A stretch of 64,000 bases of DNA from an uncultured Gemmatimonadales bacterium (GTDB taxonomy: Bacteria; Gemmatimonadota; Gemmatimonadetes; Longimicrobiales; Gaopeijiaceae). Below the pieces are notes generated by a model that was not told where the DNA came from, made no database searches, and saw only the letters and a program-made list of their open reading frames with translations. The DNA lies in assembly GCA_963823035.1 (NCBI GenBank), contig CAWGKG010000004.1, forward strand, positions 128,001 through 192,000, read 5' to 3'. The stretch's first letter is position 1. Each line of letters begins with the position of its first letter. A program made the position numbers and the translations under genes. Positions 11,480-21,875 of the stretch are shown here, piece after piece.

Positions 11480-12976
11480 ATGTCCGCCCCCGAAACCCCT
11501 TCACCCACGGGCCTCGAGCGTAGGCTCGGCCTCCTGGGCCTGGCGGCCACGGGCATCTGCTCGATGCTCGGCGCGGGCATCAACGTGGTTCCCTTCATGA
11601 TCCAACGGAACGTGCCGGGCATCGGGCCGCACGTCCTTCCCGCGTTCGCCTTCGCAGCGGTGCCGGCCGTCCTGGCCGCCGCGGCCTACGCGGTGCTCGC
11701 GTCGGCGATGCCTCGCGCCGGCGGGAGCTACGTCTACGCGAGTCGGGGGTTGAGCCCCTACCTCGGCTTCGTGGCGTCCTTCTCGCAGTGGTTCGGCCTG
11801 TCCATCGCGATCGGCGTGGTCTCCTACCTCCTGGTGCCCTTCCTGCGGGACGTGGCGGCCGCGCTCGGCTGGACGGGCACGGCGGCGCTGCTCGACGACG
11901 GTGGCGCGCGGGTCGCCGTGGCGCTCGCGTTCCTGTGGGCGTCGGTGGCGGTCAACCTGCGCGGCGTGAGGCTGTACGAGCGGGTGGTGGTGCCGATGAT
12001 GGTGGCGATGTTCGTCCTGGGCAGCGTAGTGATCGTCGCGGGATTCTCCTTCGACCATGCGGACTTCGCCGCGGCGCTCCTGGCCCGCGAGGGCGTGGCG
12101 CCTCCCACCGCGGTGGCCGCCCCGTGGTCGCCGGGGACGTTCCTGGCCGCGGCGGCGGTGCTCTTCTCCGGCTTCATCGGCTTCGACTCGATCGCCCAGG
12201 CAGGCGGCGAGGCGCGCGATCCGGGTCGTACCCTGCCGCTCGCGATCGGGCTGGCGGTGGTGACGGTGGGCAGCTTCTACTTCCTCTTCACGGCGGCGGT
12301 CTATCATGCGGTCCCATGGGGCTTCGTGGCCGAACGGGCGGCCACGCAGGACCTGACCGCGCCGGGGCTGCTGGGCTACCTGCTCACCCCGGGGTGGACC
12401 GTGCTGATCGTCGCCGGGGCCGCGGTGGCCCTCGCCAACGACCTGCCCGCGATGCTCCTGGCCGTGTCGAGGCTCATGTTCGCCTGGGCGGAGGACGGCG
12501 TCTTCCCGCGCGTGGTCGCCCGCGTCCACCACCGCTGGCACACGCCCCACGTCGCGATCCTGGTCAGCGGCGCGGTGGCCACCGGCGCGATCCTGGGGAG
12601 CCATTTCGCGGGCGACTTCTTCCTGGGTATCGACATCCTGGTGACCTCGATGCTCGTGAACTTCTTCGTGATGTGCCTCTCCGTCCTCACGCTTCCGGCG
12701 CGCAACGCGGAGCTGGCCCGTGGTGTCACCGTGCTGCCGACGCGCCCCGTCCAGCTCGCGGTGGCCGGGGGAGGGGCCGTCCTTCTCCTCCTCTTCCTGG
12801 GGGTGCACGTTCGCAACGACCTGGCCGTACCGGTGCGCGCCTGGTACTTCCACTCCACGTGGGTGTGGCTGACCGTGATGGCGGCGGCGTCCGTGATGTA
12901 CCTGCGCGAGGTGGGGCGGCTCCGGCGTGAGGGCGTGGACGTCGGAGCGCTGTTCGCCGCCCTTCCCCCGGAATAG
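11480..12976 (+). CDS. APC-family amino acid permease
   Basis: LERRLGL, AMPRAGGSYVY, FIGFDSIAQAGGEARDP and about 12 hydrophobic helices. Confidence 0.92.
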   Translation: MSAPETPSPTGLERRLGLLGLAATGICSMLGAGINVVPFMIQRNVPGIGPHVLPAFAFAAVPAVLAAAAYAVLASAMPRAGGSYVYASRGLSPYLGFVASFSQWFGLSIAIGVVSYLLVPFLRDVAAALGWTGTAALLDDGGARVAVALAFLWASVAVNLRGVRLYERVVVPMMVAMFVLGSVVIVAGFSFDHADFAAALLAREGVAPPTAVAAPWSPGTFLAAAAVLFSGFIGFDSIAQAGGEARDPGRTLPLAIGLAVVTVGSFYFLFTAAVYHAVPWGFVAERAATQDLTAPGLLGYLLTPGWTVLIVAGAAVALANDLPAMLLAVSRLMFAWAEDGVFPRVVARVHHRWHTPHVAILVSGAVATGAILGSHFAGDFFLGIDILVTSMLVNFFVMCLSVLTLPARNAELARGVTVLPTRPVQLAVAGGGAVLLLLFLGVHVRNDLAVPVRAWYFHSTWVWLTVMAAASVMYLREVGRLRREGVDVGALFAALPPE

Positions 12977-12989
12977 GAGGGTGGCTTCG

Positions 12990-14442
12990 GTGGAACGAAT
13001 CGAGCTGGCCGGTGGGCTGGAGATCTCCCGCGTCGTGACGGGGCTGTGGCAGATCGCGGATATGGAGCGGGACGGCGACCCCGTCGACGCGGAGGCCACC
13101 GCGGACGCGATGGCGCCCTACGTGGAGGCCGGCCTGACCACCTTCGACATGGCCGACCACTACGGGAGCGCGGAGGAGGTCGTGGGTGTCTTCCGCGACC
13201 GGCCCGGGATGGCGGGGCGCGTCCAGCTCCTGACGAAGTGGGTGCCGCCTCCCGGGCCGGTCACCCGCGAGACGGTGCGGGCGGCCGTGGATCGTGCGCG
13301 TGCCCGCATGCGGTGCGACGCCCTCGACCTCCTGCAGTTCCACGCCTGGAGCTGGGACGACCCGGCGTGGCTGGACGCCCTCCTCTACCTGGAGGAGCTG
13401 CGCGACGAGGGACTCGTGCGCCACATCGGCCTCACGAACTTCGACACGGCGCATCTTCGCATGGTGCTGCACAGCGGGATCCGGGTGGTGTCCAACCAGG
13501 TGTGCTGGTCGCTTGTGGACCGGCGTCCGGCGGTGGGACTCGCTCCCCTGTGTGCCGAGCACGGCGTTCGGCTCCTGGCCTACGGCACCGCTCGCGGGCG
13601 GGCTCCTCACCGAGCGATGGCTCGATCGCGCCGCGCCGACCCCGACGGAGTTGTCGACCTGGTCGCTGATGAAGTACCGGCGGTTCGTGGACGTGTCGGG
13701 CGGGTGGGAGCGCTTCCAGCGGCTCCTCGGGACGGCGCGCCGCGTCGCCGAACGTCACGGCGTCTCGATCGCGAACGTCGCCTGCCGGTGGGTGCTGGAG
13801 CAGCCGGCGGTGGGCGCGATCATCGTAGGTGCGCGCCTGGGAAGGAGCGAGCACCTCGAGGACAACCTCCGGCTCTTCGACTTCTCCCTGGACGAGGAGG
13901 ATCACGCCCTCCTGGCTGCCGCGCTCGAGGGGTTGGCGAGCCCTCCCGGTGACTCCGGCGACGAGTACCGTCGCCCTCCGTTCCTGACCGCGGCCGGTGA
14001 TCTGAGCCACCACTTCGACGGCTTCCCGCCCCCGTACGAGGTCGCGGAGGGACCCGGGCGCCGGACGAGGGCGCTCTCCGGGACCCCGTGGGAGGATCTC
14101 GCGGGCTTCAGCCGTGCGGTGCGCGTGGGTGACCGGATCTTCGTCTCCGGCACCACGGCCACGCACCGCGACCGCCTGGTGGGCGGGGCGGACGTCGCGT
14201 CCCAGGCCCACTTCTGCATCGACAAGATCGAGGGCGCCATGCGCTCCCTCGGCGGGCGCCTGGAGGACGTGGTGCGCACGCGCGTCTACATCCGCCACGG
14301 AGCCGACTGGGAGGCCGTTTCGCGAGCGCACGGCCAGCGCTTCGGGCACGTTCGCCCCGCGAATACGCTGATCCGGGCGGATCTGGTCGGCGAGGAGTAC
14401 CTCGTCGAGATGGAGGCCGAGGCGGTGGTTGCGCCGCGGTAG
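12990..14442 (+). CDS. Aldo/keto reductase fused to a C-terminal RidA/YjgF domain, frameshift ~13590
   Basis: AGGAGG RBS; TTFDMADHYGSAE, LDLLQFHAW and HIGLTNFD (AKR); the C-terminal GFSRAVRVGDRIFVSGTTA..RPANTLI..LVEMEAEA (RidA) is in the same frame as the AKR second half. Confidence 0.88.
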
Positions 14443-14508
14443 GCGTGGGCGGGGGAAGGACGTTTCGTTAGCTTCCGGGCTGATTTTTCCTCCCTGGGGA
14501 ACCGAAAC

Positions 14509-15213
14509 ATGCAATTTCGCCATCGTGGCGCGCTCGCGGGTGTCGCTCTCCTCGTCTCCGCCTGCGGCGGGACCGGGTCGAGCTCGGCGACGCTGGAGAC
14601 GGACGCGCAGAAGGCCAGCTACGGCATCGGTGTGGACATGGGGCGCAATCTCGCGCCGGCCAAGGATCTCATGGACATGAAGGCCTTCCAGCGCGGTCTC
14701 GAGGACGCCATGGCCGGCCGCGATCCCGCCCTCGGGCAGGACGAGATCCAGACCGCGATGCAGGCCTTCGGCCAGGAGGTCATGAAGGCGCAGCAGGAGG
14801 CGCGCTCCACCGCCGGCGAGAAGAACAAGGCGGAAGGAGAGGCCTTCCTCGCGCAGAACAAGACCAAGGAAGGCGTCGTCACCACCGAGAGCGGCCTGCA
14901 GTACGAGGTGCTGACCCAGGGCGACGGCCCCAAGCCGACGGCGGACGACGAGGTTCGCGTCCACTACAGGGGCACCACGATCGCCGGGGTGGCGTTCGAC
15001 AGCTCCTACGGCGGCGAGCCGGCCGAGTTCAAGGTGGGCCGTGTGGTCCCGGGCTTCGCCGAGGCGCTCCAGCTCATGCCGGTGGGCAGCAAGTACCGGG
15101 TGGTGATCCCGAGCGACCTCGCCTACGGCGACCAGGGATCCGGTGGCACCATCGAACCCAACGCCACGCTGATCTTCGAGATCGAGCTGCTGGGGATCGT
15201 CGACAACAAGTAG
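14509..15213 (+). CDS. fkpA: FKBP-type peptidyl-prolyl cis-trans isomerase (FkpA/Mip-like lipoprotein)
   Basis: Lipobox VSAC, ASYGIG, TESGLQYEVL, VHYRG, FDSSY, IPSDLAYG, LIFEIELL. Confidence 0.93.
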   Translation: MQFRHRGALAGVALLVSACGGTGSSSATLETDAQKASYGIGVDMGRNLAPAKDLMDMKAFQRGLEDAMAGRDPALGQDEIQTAMQAFGQEVMKAQQEARSTAGEKNKAEGEAFLAQNKTKEGVVTTESGLQYEVLTQGDGPKPTADDEVRVHYRGTTIAGVAFDSSYGGEPAEFKVGRVVPGFAEALQLMPVGSKYRVVIPSDLAYGDQGSGGTIEPNATLIFEIELLGIVDNK

Positions 15214-15228
15214 TCCGGGACGGCGCCC

Positions 15229-15516
15229 TCAGACGCCCCGGCGCGCGGCACGCAGGAAGCGGCGCGCGAGTTGGGCGACGCGGTCCTGACCCTCCTCTTC
15301 GGCCTGTTCGAGGATCTTCTCGACCTCGGCCATGAGGAGCCGGTCGCCCCAGCGGTAGCCGGTGGCGGCCTCGGCCGCCGGCGAGTCGCCCTCGTCGGCG
15401 CCCTGGATGAGCGCCCACGCCGCGGCCTCCCTGTAGTAGGGGGAGTCGGGGTCCGGGAGCCGATAGTCGGGCTCCTGGGCCCCGCCCGCGTCTTCGTTCA
15501 CGAACGCGCGGGACAT
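15229..15516 (-). CDS. Small hypothetical protein
   Basis: 95 aa ORF with GAGGGG RBS, 10 nt after yhbY; begins MSRAFVNED. Confidence 0.7.
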   Translation of the reverse strand: MSRAFVNEDAGGAQEPDYRLPDPDSPYYREAAAWALIQGADEGDSPAAEAATGYRWGDRLLMAEVEKILEQAEEEGQDRVAQLARRFLRAARRGV

Positions 15517-15526
15517 CGTTCGCCCC

Positions 15527-15832
15527 TCAGGCGCCCGGAAGCCGGATCTCCGGCTTGTCCGGATGTCTCCGGTAGAGCACCGCCGTGCGCCCGATCGTCT
15601 GCGCCACGTGGACCCCTTCGAGCGCGGCCGCGACCAGGTCCGCGCTGGCGCGCGCGTCCGCGGGCGCGCCCTCCTGCACCTTGATCTTGAGCAGCTCGCG
15701 CGTGTTGAACGCCTCCGCCACGGAGGCGAGCGCCGCCTCGCTCACGCCGTCCACTCCGATGTGCACGACAGGCTTCAGCCGGTTGGCGAGGGAGCGCAGG
15801 TGTGCGCGCTGCTTGGATGTGAGCCGGTTCAT
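15527..15832 (-). CDS. yhbY: YhbY/CRM-domain RNA-binding protein
   Basis: LTSKQRAHLRSLANRLKPVVHIG..RELLKIKV..QTIGRTAVLYR. Confidence 0.93.
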   Translation of the reverse strand: MNRLTSKQRAHLRSLANRLKPVVHIGVDGVSEAALASVAEAFNTRELLKIKVQEGAPADARASADLVAAALEGVHVAQTIGRTAVLYRRHPDKPEIRLPGA

Positions 15833-15939
15833 GCTGGACGATAGCCGGGGTGGGGCGTGGGGCCAACCGTGCCCGGACGCGGGCCATCGACATGAACCGC
15901 GAACACGATGGAGACGTTCCGGGAGCGCATGCGGTAGCC

Positions 15940-16653
15940 TCACCCTTCGCCGAACCGGCGTCCGAGGACCTCGGCCAGGCACGCGAGCTCGACGGAGCGC
16001 TCCACCTCCGCCGCCCGGCCCCCGCCGATGCAGCCGCGCACCTCCGGATCCCCGTGGATCAGGTCGTCCGCCACGAGGTCGAGGGCCTCCATGAGCACCT
16101 TCGCCGCCCCCGAGTCCGGCTGCACGTGCCACTCGGTCTCGTCGCTGTAGGGCTTCGGCGTGAGGTAGGCCACCCGCTCCACGGTGCCCCGCGTCGACCG
16201 GCTCGCGGGTCCGTAGCGGACCTCGAGGTCGCCGACGGCCCGGATGTCGCCCGCACGGATGCCCTGTGTCACCTCGGGCGGCAGCGGGGTGGAGAGTCCC
16301 AACGCCTGCGCCCGCTCCGCCAGCCAGGCGGCGAAGGCGTCTCCGTGGAAGAGCGGATAGACCTCGACGCGTGAGATCTCCAGCGACCACACGGACGGCG
16401 CGCCCCCCGACGGCGGGAGCACGGCGACCTCCCAGGCGCGGGCGCCGGTGGCCGTGACGGAGGCGACCGTGTCCTCCCCCGTGATGCCGTCCAGGAAAGG
16501 GACCCCTCGGGCGGCCCAGTGCTCGACGGCTGCGTCGACCAGACGGTCTTCGGGGGTCTCCGACAGGTAGCGACCCACCGACTCGCACCCCACGGCCGCG
16601 ATGCCCGCGACGAGGAGGGCCAGGGGCCGGGTCCTTCGGACGAGCTCGGGCAT
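15940..16653 (-). CDS. Hypothetical lipoprotein
   Basis: MPELVRRTRPLALLVAGIAAVGC signal/lipobox; open frame with coding-like composition. Confidence 0.7.
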   Translation of the reverse strand: MPELVRRTRPLALLVAGIAAVGCESVGRYLSETPEDRLVDAAVEHWAARGVPFLDGITGEDTVASVTATGARAWEVAVLPPSGGAPSVWSLEISRVEVYPLFHGDAFAAWLAERAQALGLSTPLPPEVTQGIRAGDIRAVGDLEVRYGPASRSTRGTVERVAYLTPKPYSDETEWHVQPDSGAAKVLMEALDLVADDLIHGDPEVRGCIGGGRAAEVERSVELACLAEVLGRRFGEG

Positions 16654-16798
16654 GGGCGGTGGCTCCCCGGGGTGGGTCGGACGCCCCACGGTGCGGCGCC
16701 CGCCGAGGCGCGTCAATCTGGCCCCCGTCTTACCTTCTCCGCGACGGCGCGCGCAGGCGCGCCCCCCACCGACGAGCCGGGCCTTCGAGGGACGAACC

Positions 16799-17330
16799 GT
16801 GACCGATCCGCTGACCGAACGTGACCGCGCCGTGGTGCACGAGGCGCTCGACGACATCCGCGCCTCCCCACCTCCGGATCGCACGGCCGCCGGGTGCGTC
16901 GTCGCCCTCCCTGGCTTCGCCATCCTCCTGGTCTTCCCGGTGGCCGCGCGGATCCTGGGTGTGGGCCAGGGCGTCGCGACCGCCGTGCTCGTGGTGGGGA
17001 TCGCCATCCTCGCTGGTGGGTCTCGGCCTGTGGTTCTCCTCCCCCGGCCAGCGGCGCCGACACGCCACCGCGGCCACCGAGGCGGCGCAACGCACGCTCG
17101 AAAGCGGTGAGGACGACCGCGAGGTGCTGCTGCGCGCCGCCACCCTCCTCCTGGTGTACGCGCACGTCCCCCGGCGGAGGGCGATCGCGTCGACGTTCGA
17201 CAGGGTGAAGGCGCGCGAGCGCCTCGCGGGGCACATGCCCCTCGTGGCGGCGGTGGAAGGCCTGCTCCTCGAGGAGGAGGTGATCTACCCGGTGTTCTCC
17301 GACGACGCCCCGGGCCCGGGGCTCGACTGA
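16799..17330 (+). CDS. Hypothetical two-TM membrane protein, frameshift ~17015
   Basis: GAGGG RBS before GTG; hydrophobic helices in the 16601 frame continue into LVGLGLWFSS.. in the 16821 frame. Confidence 0.6.
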
Positions 17331-17764
17331 GCGGTGGGCACGCACAGGAGGACGCGAACGCCGTCGGGCAGCGCGTCGGTGGCCGGGCGTTGCACGTAGC
17401 CGACGCCGCCACGCGTGCGCGCGACGAAGAGGAGGACGGCCGCCTCCGACGCCACGGTCGCCGGCGGCCGCGTGCCGTGGAAGTAGCGCTCGTTCCAGTA
17501 GGGCGCCATGTCCTGCACCGACTGACCGAACACCGCGCGCGAGAAGCGTTCCCGGACCTGGGAGGCGGCCGGTAGGTTCACGGGGTGAGCGGGCGATCCG
17601 TCCGGCCAGAAGCGCTGGCGGAGGAGGAAGAGGCGGCGCACGAGGTCGAGATCCACCTCCCCGACGGATGCGGGGAGGTTCGCCACCACGCAGACGGGGT
17701 TCGTCTGGGCGGTAGGCTTCCCGGCCAAGGCCGTCAGAAGAGCGAGGAGAAGGACAGGAACCAT
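17285..17764 (-). CDS. Small periplasmic binding-protein-like protein (the class often annotated as phosphate ABC substrate-binding protein)
   Basis: Signal peptide, VVAN..VRRLFL..WPDG..PVNL..YW..PP..V..FVARTRGGVGYV pattern. Confidence 0.75.
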   Translation of the reverse strand: MVPVLLLALLTALAGKPTAQTNPVCVVANLPASVGEVDLDLVRRLFLLRQRFWPDGSPAHPVNLPAASQVRERFSRAVFGQSVQDMAPYWNERYFHGTRPPATVASEAAVLLFVARTRGGVGYVQRPATDALPDGVRVLLCVPTAQSSPGPGASSENTG

Positions 17765-18831
17765 CCGTCCGGGATCTTGGTGGTGGGTCTCCTGGAGAAC
17801 TGGCGGCCGAACTTGACCACCAGCTCGGGCCTCGCCCGCCACGTCACCCCGGCGAACGCGAGGCGTGCGGTGCGATCGTCCACGGGTCGGTAGACCTCTC
17901 CCCGCGCTACGCCCCAGACGGATCCGGCCATGCGTACCGCCGCCAGGACGAACGCGCCTCCCTCCGATACCGCTCCCCCGCGCGGGGGAAGCCACGCTCC
18001 CTCCGCCGTGACCTCGAAGCGGGGCGTCACCCATCGCAGGTCAGCGGCGAGCAGCCCCCGATACGATGCGTCCTCCTCCCGATCCTCCTGATCCTCGATC
18101 TCTCCCGGCTCGTCGATGGTCTCGATGGTCTCGTAGGGTCTCGACCGGCGCATCCGCGCCGCGCTCGCGCCGAGCGTCAGGCCGGGGTGCACCTCCATGG
18201 CGAAGCGCGCGCCCACGGCGCTCACGAAGGCGCTCTCCTCCCGCTCTTCCCGTCCCCCGGAGGGGTTCCAGGACGGGGCCCAGAAGAGGGCGTATCCGAT
18301 GTCATGGCCGCCCACCGCCCCCTCACCGGCCGCGAGCAGGCCGTTGAGGCTCTTCGCGAACGGCCGGTAGGTGGTCAGCGGGCGGGTGGGGGTCCAGGTG
18401 AGCGGCTCGGCGTGCCGCTCGTTCCACTGTCCGATAGGCGTGAGGAAGCGTCCCGCCCGCAGCCGGAGGAGGTCGGAGACGGAGTACTCCAGGTAGAGGC
18501 GCACCGGAAGGAGGTTCCCGGAGGTCTCGCGTCCGGTCCACGTCTCGGAGCTCCGCTTGGCCATGTCGAGCTCCACGAGGTAGCTTGCGCGCGGAGCGAT
18601 CTGACCCCAGGCCAGCACGGCGGCGACGAGCTCGCTGACCTCGACGCGCTCGACCTCTTCGGGGTGCTCGGGTCGGCTGAACGTCACCGACGCGTAGCCC
18701 CCGACCTGGAAGGGTCCGGTCCCCACCACCGGCGGCGCCGGAAGCTGTGCCGCCGCCGGGGTCACCAGGGCCGCCAGCGCGACGAACACCGCGCCGACGG
18801 TCCGTGAGATCGTGGAGCTCGGGTGCAGCAC
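17734..18831 (-). CDS. Outer-membrane beta-barrel (porin-like) protein
   Basis: Signal peptide (..TPAAAQ), VGGYASV, LRLRAGRFLTPIGQWNERH, amphipathic strands, C-terminal FLSFSSLF ending in Phe. Confidence 0.75.
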   Translation of the reverse strand: MLHPSSTISRTVGAVFVALAALVTPAAAQLPAPPVVGTGPFQVGGYASVTFSRPEHPEEVERVEVSELVAAVLAWGQIAPRASYLVELDMAKRSSETWTGRETSGNLLPVRLYLEYSVSDLLRLRAGRFLTPIGQWNERHAEPLTWTPTRPLTTYRPFAKSLNGLLAAGEGAVGGHDIGYALFWAPSWNPSGGREEREESAFVSAVGARFAMEVHPGLTLGASAARMRRSRPYETIETIDEPGEIEDQEDREEDASYRGLLAADLRWVTPRFEVTAEGAWLPPRGGAVSEGGAFVLAAVRMAGSVWGVARGEVYRPVDDRTARLAFAGVTWRARPELVVKFGRQFSRRPTTKIPDGWFLSFSSLF

Positions 18832-20535
18832 CTTTCCCAATCCTCGACGTCGAACGAACGGGGAGCCCTGGCCTGGCCGGGATCGCTCGCGGGCAGGCTC
18901 GCGACCCTTCTGACGGGCTTCATCCTGATCGCGACCGTGGCGGTCGTGGTCCGCGAATATCGCGTCGGTGGGGAGCGGCTGGTAGCCGAGACGGAGCGCA
19001 TCCTGGCTCAGCGCGCGAGCGTCGCCGCCGATCGGCTCGAGGGATCGCTCGCGGAGCGTCAACGCCTGGTGGCCCTGTGGGCGACGCTCGAGACGTCCCA
19101 GGACCTCGCGGTCGACGATGTGGACAAGCGCGTCTCCCGATCTCTCGAGGACCTCGCCTCCGCCCTGGGCGGCGGCACGGAGGCCATCGCGATGCGCTCG
19201 GGCGGCCGCCTCCTGTCGGCGTCCGACCCGACGCGACTCGGGGACGCGCCCCCGGTCCTTCCCCCCTGGGTGGAGGCCGCACTCCGCCGCCCCGACGCGG
19301 GGATGACCCTCGCCGCATCGCCTCCCCCGGGGGCGGTGGTCGCCACGGCGGACGTGATCTCCAACGTGGACGGGAGCGTCCTGGGCAGGATCGTCGTGTG
19401 GACGCCGCTCGCCCGCTTCCTGTCGACCGCGATCCCGCTGGAGCTGGCGACCACGGCCCTCACCACGCTCGACGGCGTGGCGCTCGCGCGGGGCCACGAT
19501 CTCGCGGGACCGCAGGACGGCTACCTGTGGGCCCGCGACACCGCGCGCACGGTGGGGGGACCGGTCCAGGTGGCGGCCGGACGGAGCCGTGCCGAGCTGA
19601 GCACCTCGCTGCGCGCGTCCGGACGCCAGCTCGTGACGCTCGCGGGGCTGTTCCTCCTCCTCGCGCTCCCCGCGGCCCTCCTGGTGGTGGGGTCGGGCAC
19701 CTCGGGGCTGCGGCGGCTCACCCGCGCGGCCCGCGAGCTCGACGCCCGCCATCCCGCCCCGCTGCCGCCGGTCTCGGCCTGGGCCCCGGCCGAGGTGCGC
19801 GTCCTCGGGGACGCGATGGAGAGCATGGTCGAGCGGCTCGAGCGCGCTCGCGAGGAGCTGGCGCGCAGCGAGTCCCTCGCGGCCGTCGGCATGCTCACGA
19901 AGAGCCTGGCCCACGAGATCCGCACGCCGCTCTCCGTCTTGAGGGCGGGCACCGAGATGCTCCAGCGCTCCGCGCAGGCGGGCCCCCGGGAGCGCGAGGT
20001 CGGAGAGATGCTCCAGGCCGAGGTCGAGCGGCTGTCGCGCCTGGTCGACGACCTCCTCGTGTTCGGGCGACCCTCGCCGCCCGACCCGCGTGCCGTGGAC
20101 CTGGCGGACGTTGCGACCGACGCTTTGGTGGCGCTCGGCAGCGACGCCGCCGAGAACGGGGTGGACGTGACCTTCGAGGGCGAGCCCGCCCCCCTGCGCG
20201 CCGATCCCGACCAGCTCCGCCAGGTGGTGATCAACCTGGTCACGAACGGGGTGCGCGCCTGCCAGCGCGGCGGGACAGTGCGGGTGCGCACCCGGCCGGA
20301 CGGCGCCTGGGCCGTTCTCGAGGTCGAGGACGACGGTGTGGGGATCCCGGCCGATCGTCTCGACGACATCTGGAAGCCCCTCGTGACCACGCACCGGTCC
20401 GGGTCGGGGCTGGGGCTTCCCATCGTGAAGCAGTTGGTGGAAGCTCATGGAGGGCGCGTGGAAGTGCACAGCGTCCAGAACGAGGGGACGCGCATGCGGG
20501 TGATCCTACCCACCGAAGCAGCGGAGCAGGCATGA
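18823..20535 (+). CDS. Membrane sensor histidine kinase (periplasmic domain, HAMP, HisKA, HATPase)
   Basis: Two TMs, LAHEIRTPL H-box, QVVINLVTNG, EDDGVGI, GSGLGL; start codon uncertain. Confidence 0.92.
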   Translation: MQHLSQSSTSNERGALAWPGSLAGRLATLLTGFILIATVAVVVREYRVGGERLVAETERILAQRASVAADRLEGSLAERQRLVALWATLETSQDLAVDDVDKRVSRSLEDLASALGGGTEAIAMRSGGRLLSASDPTRLGDAPPVLPPWVEAALRRPDAGMTLAASPPPGAVVATADVISNVDGSVLGRIVVWTPLARFLSTAIPLELATTALTTLDGVALARGHDLAGPQDGYLWARDTARTVGGPVQVAAGRSRAELSTSLRASGRQLVTLAGLFLLLALPAALLVVGSGTSGLRRLTRAARELDARHPAPLPPVSAWAPAEVRVLGDAMESMVERLERAREELARSESLAAVGMLTKSLAHEIRTPLSVLRAGTEMLQRSAQAGPREREVGEMLQAEVERLSRLVDDLLVFGRPSPPDPRAVDLADVATDALVALGSDAAENGVDVTFEGEPAPLRADPDQLRQVVINLVTNGVRACQRGGTVRVRTRPDGAWAVLEVEDDGVGIPADRLDDIWKPLVTTHRSGSGLGLPIVKQLVEAHGGRVEVHSVQNEGTRMRVILPTEAAEQA

Positions 20536-21861
20536 GTGAGACCGTGCTCGTCGTCGACGACGAGCCCCGAATCCGTCGGATCGTGGAGATGGCGCTCGGC
20601 GACCGGGGCTATCGGGTGCTGACGGCGCCATCGGCCGAGAGTGCGCAGGACATCCTCGACCGGGAGCGCGTGGACGCGGTGGTCACCGACCTGCAGCTCC
20701 CCGGGCGCTCGGGGCTGGAGCTGCTGTCGGACATCCGCCGCAAGGACCGCGGCCTCCCCGTGATCCTGATCACGGCGTACGGCACGGTCGAGAGCGCGGT
20801 CGAGGCGATCAAGGCCGGAGCCTTCGACTACGTCCTGAAGCCGTTCGGGGTCGACGAGTTGGAGGCGCTCGTGGAGCGGGCGCTTGGACGCCCGCCCGGG
20901 CCCGCGGGACCGCGCTGCCGAGGGGCCGTCCGCGGAGCTGGACGGCGTGGTGGCCGAGAGCCCGGAGATGAAGAAGGTCATGGCGATGGTTCGCCAGGTG
21001 GCCGGTGTGCCGACGACCGTTCTCGTCACCGGGGAGACCGGGGTGGGGAAGGAGGTGGTGGCGCAGGCGATCCACGCGGGCTCCCCCAGGGGCGACCGGC
21101 CGTTCGTGGCCGTGAACTGCGCGGCGATCCCCGGAGAGCTGCTGGAAGCGGAACTGTTCGGGGTCTCCCGGGGCGCCTACACGGGCGCCGTGAAGGATCG
21201 GCCGGGCAAGCTGGAGGTCGCCGACGGAGGCACGCTCTTCCTCGACGAGATCGGAGACATGCCTTCGGCGCTTCAACCCAAGCTCCTGCGGGTCCTGCAG
21301 GAGGGAACCGTGGAGCGCCTGGGCTCCAACGTGGCCCGGAAGGTGGACGTGCGTGTGGTCGCGGCCACCCATCAGGACCTCGCGTCGCTCGTTCGCGACG
21401 GGCGTTTCCGCGAGGACCTCTTCTACCGCATCAACGTCTTTCCGATCCACGTGCCGGCGCTGCGCGAGCGGCCCGAGGACGTGGACGCGCTGGTCCACCA
21501 CGCGCTCGCCCGCTTCGACGAGCGTCTCGGAACGCACGCGACGATCTCCGACGGCGCGATGGAGTCGCTGCGCACACGCTCGTGGCCGGGGAACGTGCGT
21601 GAGCTGATGAACGTCCTCGAACGTGCCGTGCTCCTCTCGGAGAACGGAGCCATCGAGCGCATCGAAGCCCCGGCGGCCGCCGGAGGGCCGGCCGGCGGCG
21701 GTGGCGTGCTGGCGCTCAGCGACGCGGTCGCCCGCGCCGAGCGCGCGGCGATCCAGGCCGCGCTCGAGCGCACGGGTGACAACAAGGCCCAGGCCGCGAA
21801 GCTCCTGGGGGTGAGCGTGCGGACGCTCTTCTACAAGCTGGAGAAGCTCGGCCTGAAGTGA
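20532..21861 (+). CDS. Sigma54-dependent response regulator (NtrC/AtoC family), frameshift ~20900
   Basis: ATGA overlap with the kinase; REC domain (VVDDE, TDLQLPG, YVLKPF), GETGVGKE, GAYTGA, LFLDEIG, WPGNVREL, Fis HTH. Confidence 0.93.
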
Positions 21862-21875
21862 GGGTGTGGCGGGAC

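Noticed and set aside
17734..20469. 911-aa ORF
   Set aside because: Only the last ~365 aa is porin-like; the rest is antisense to the histidine kinase
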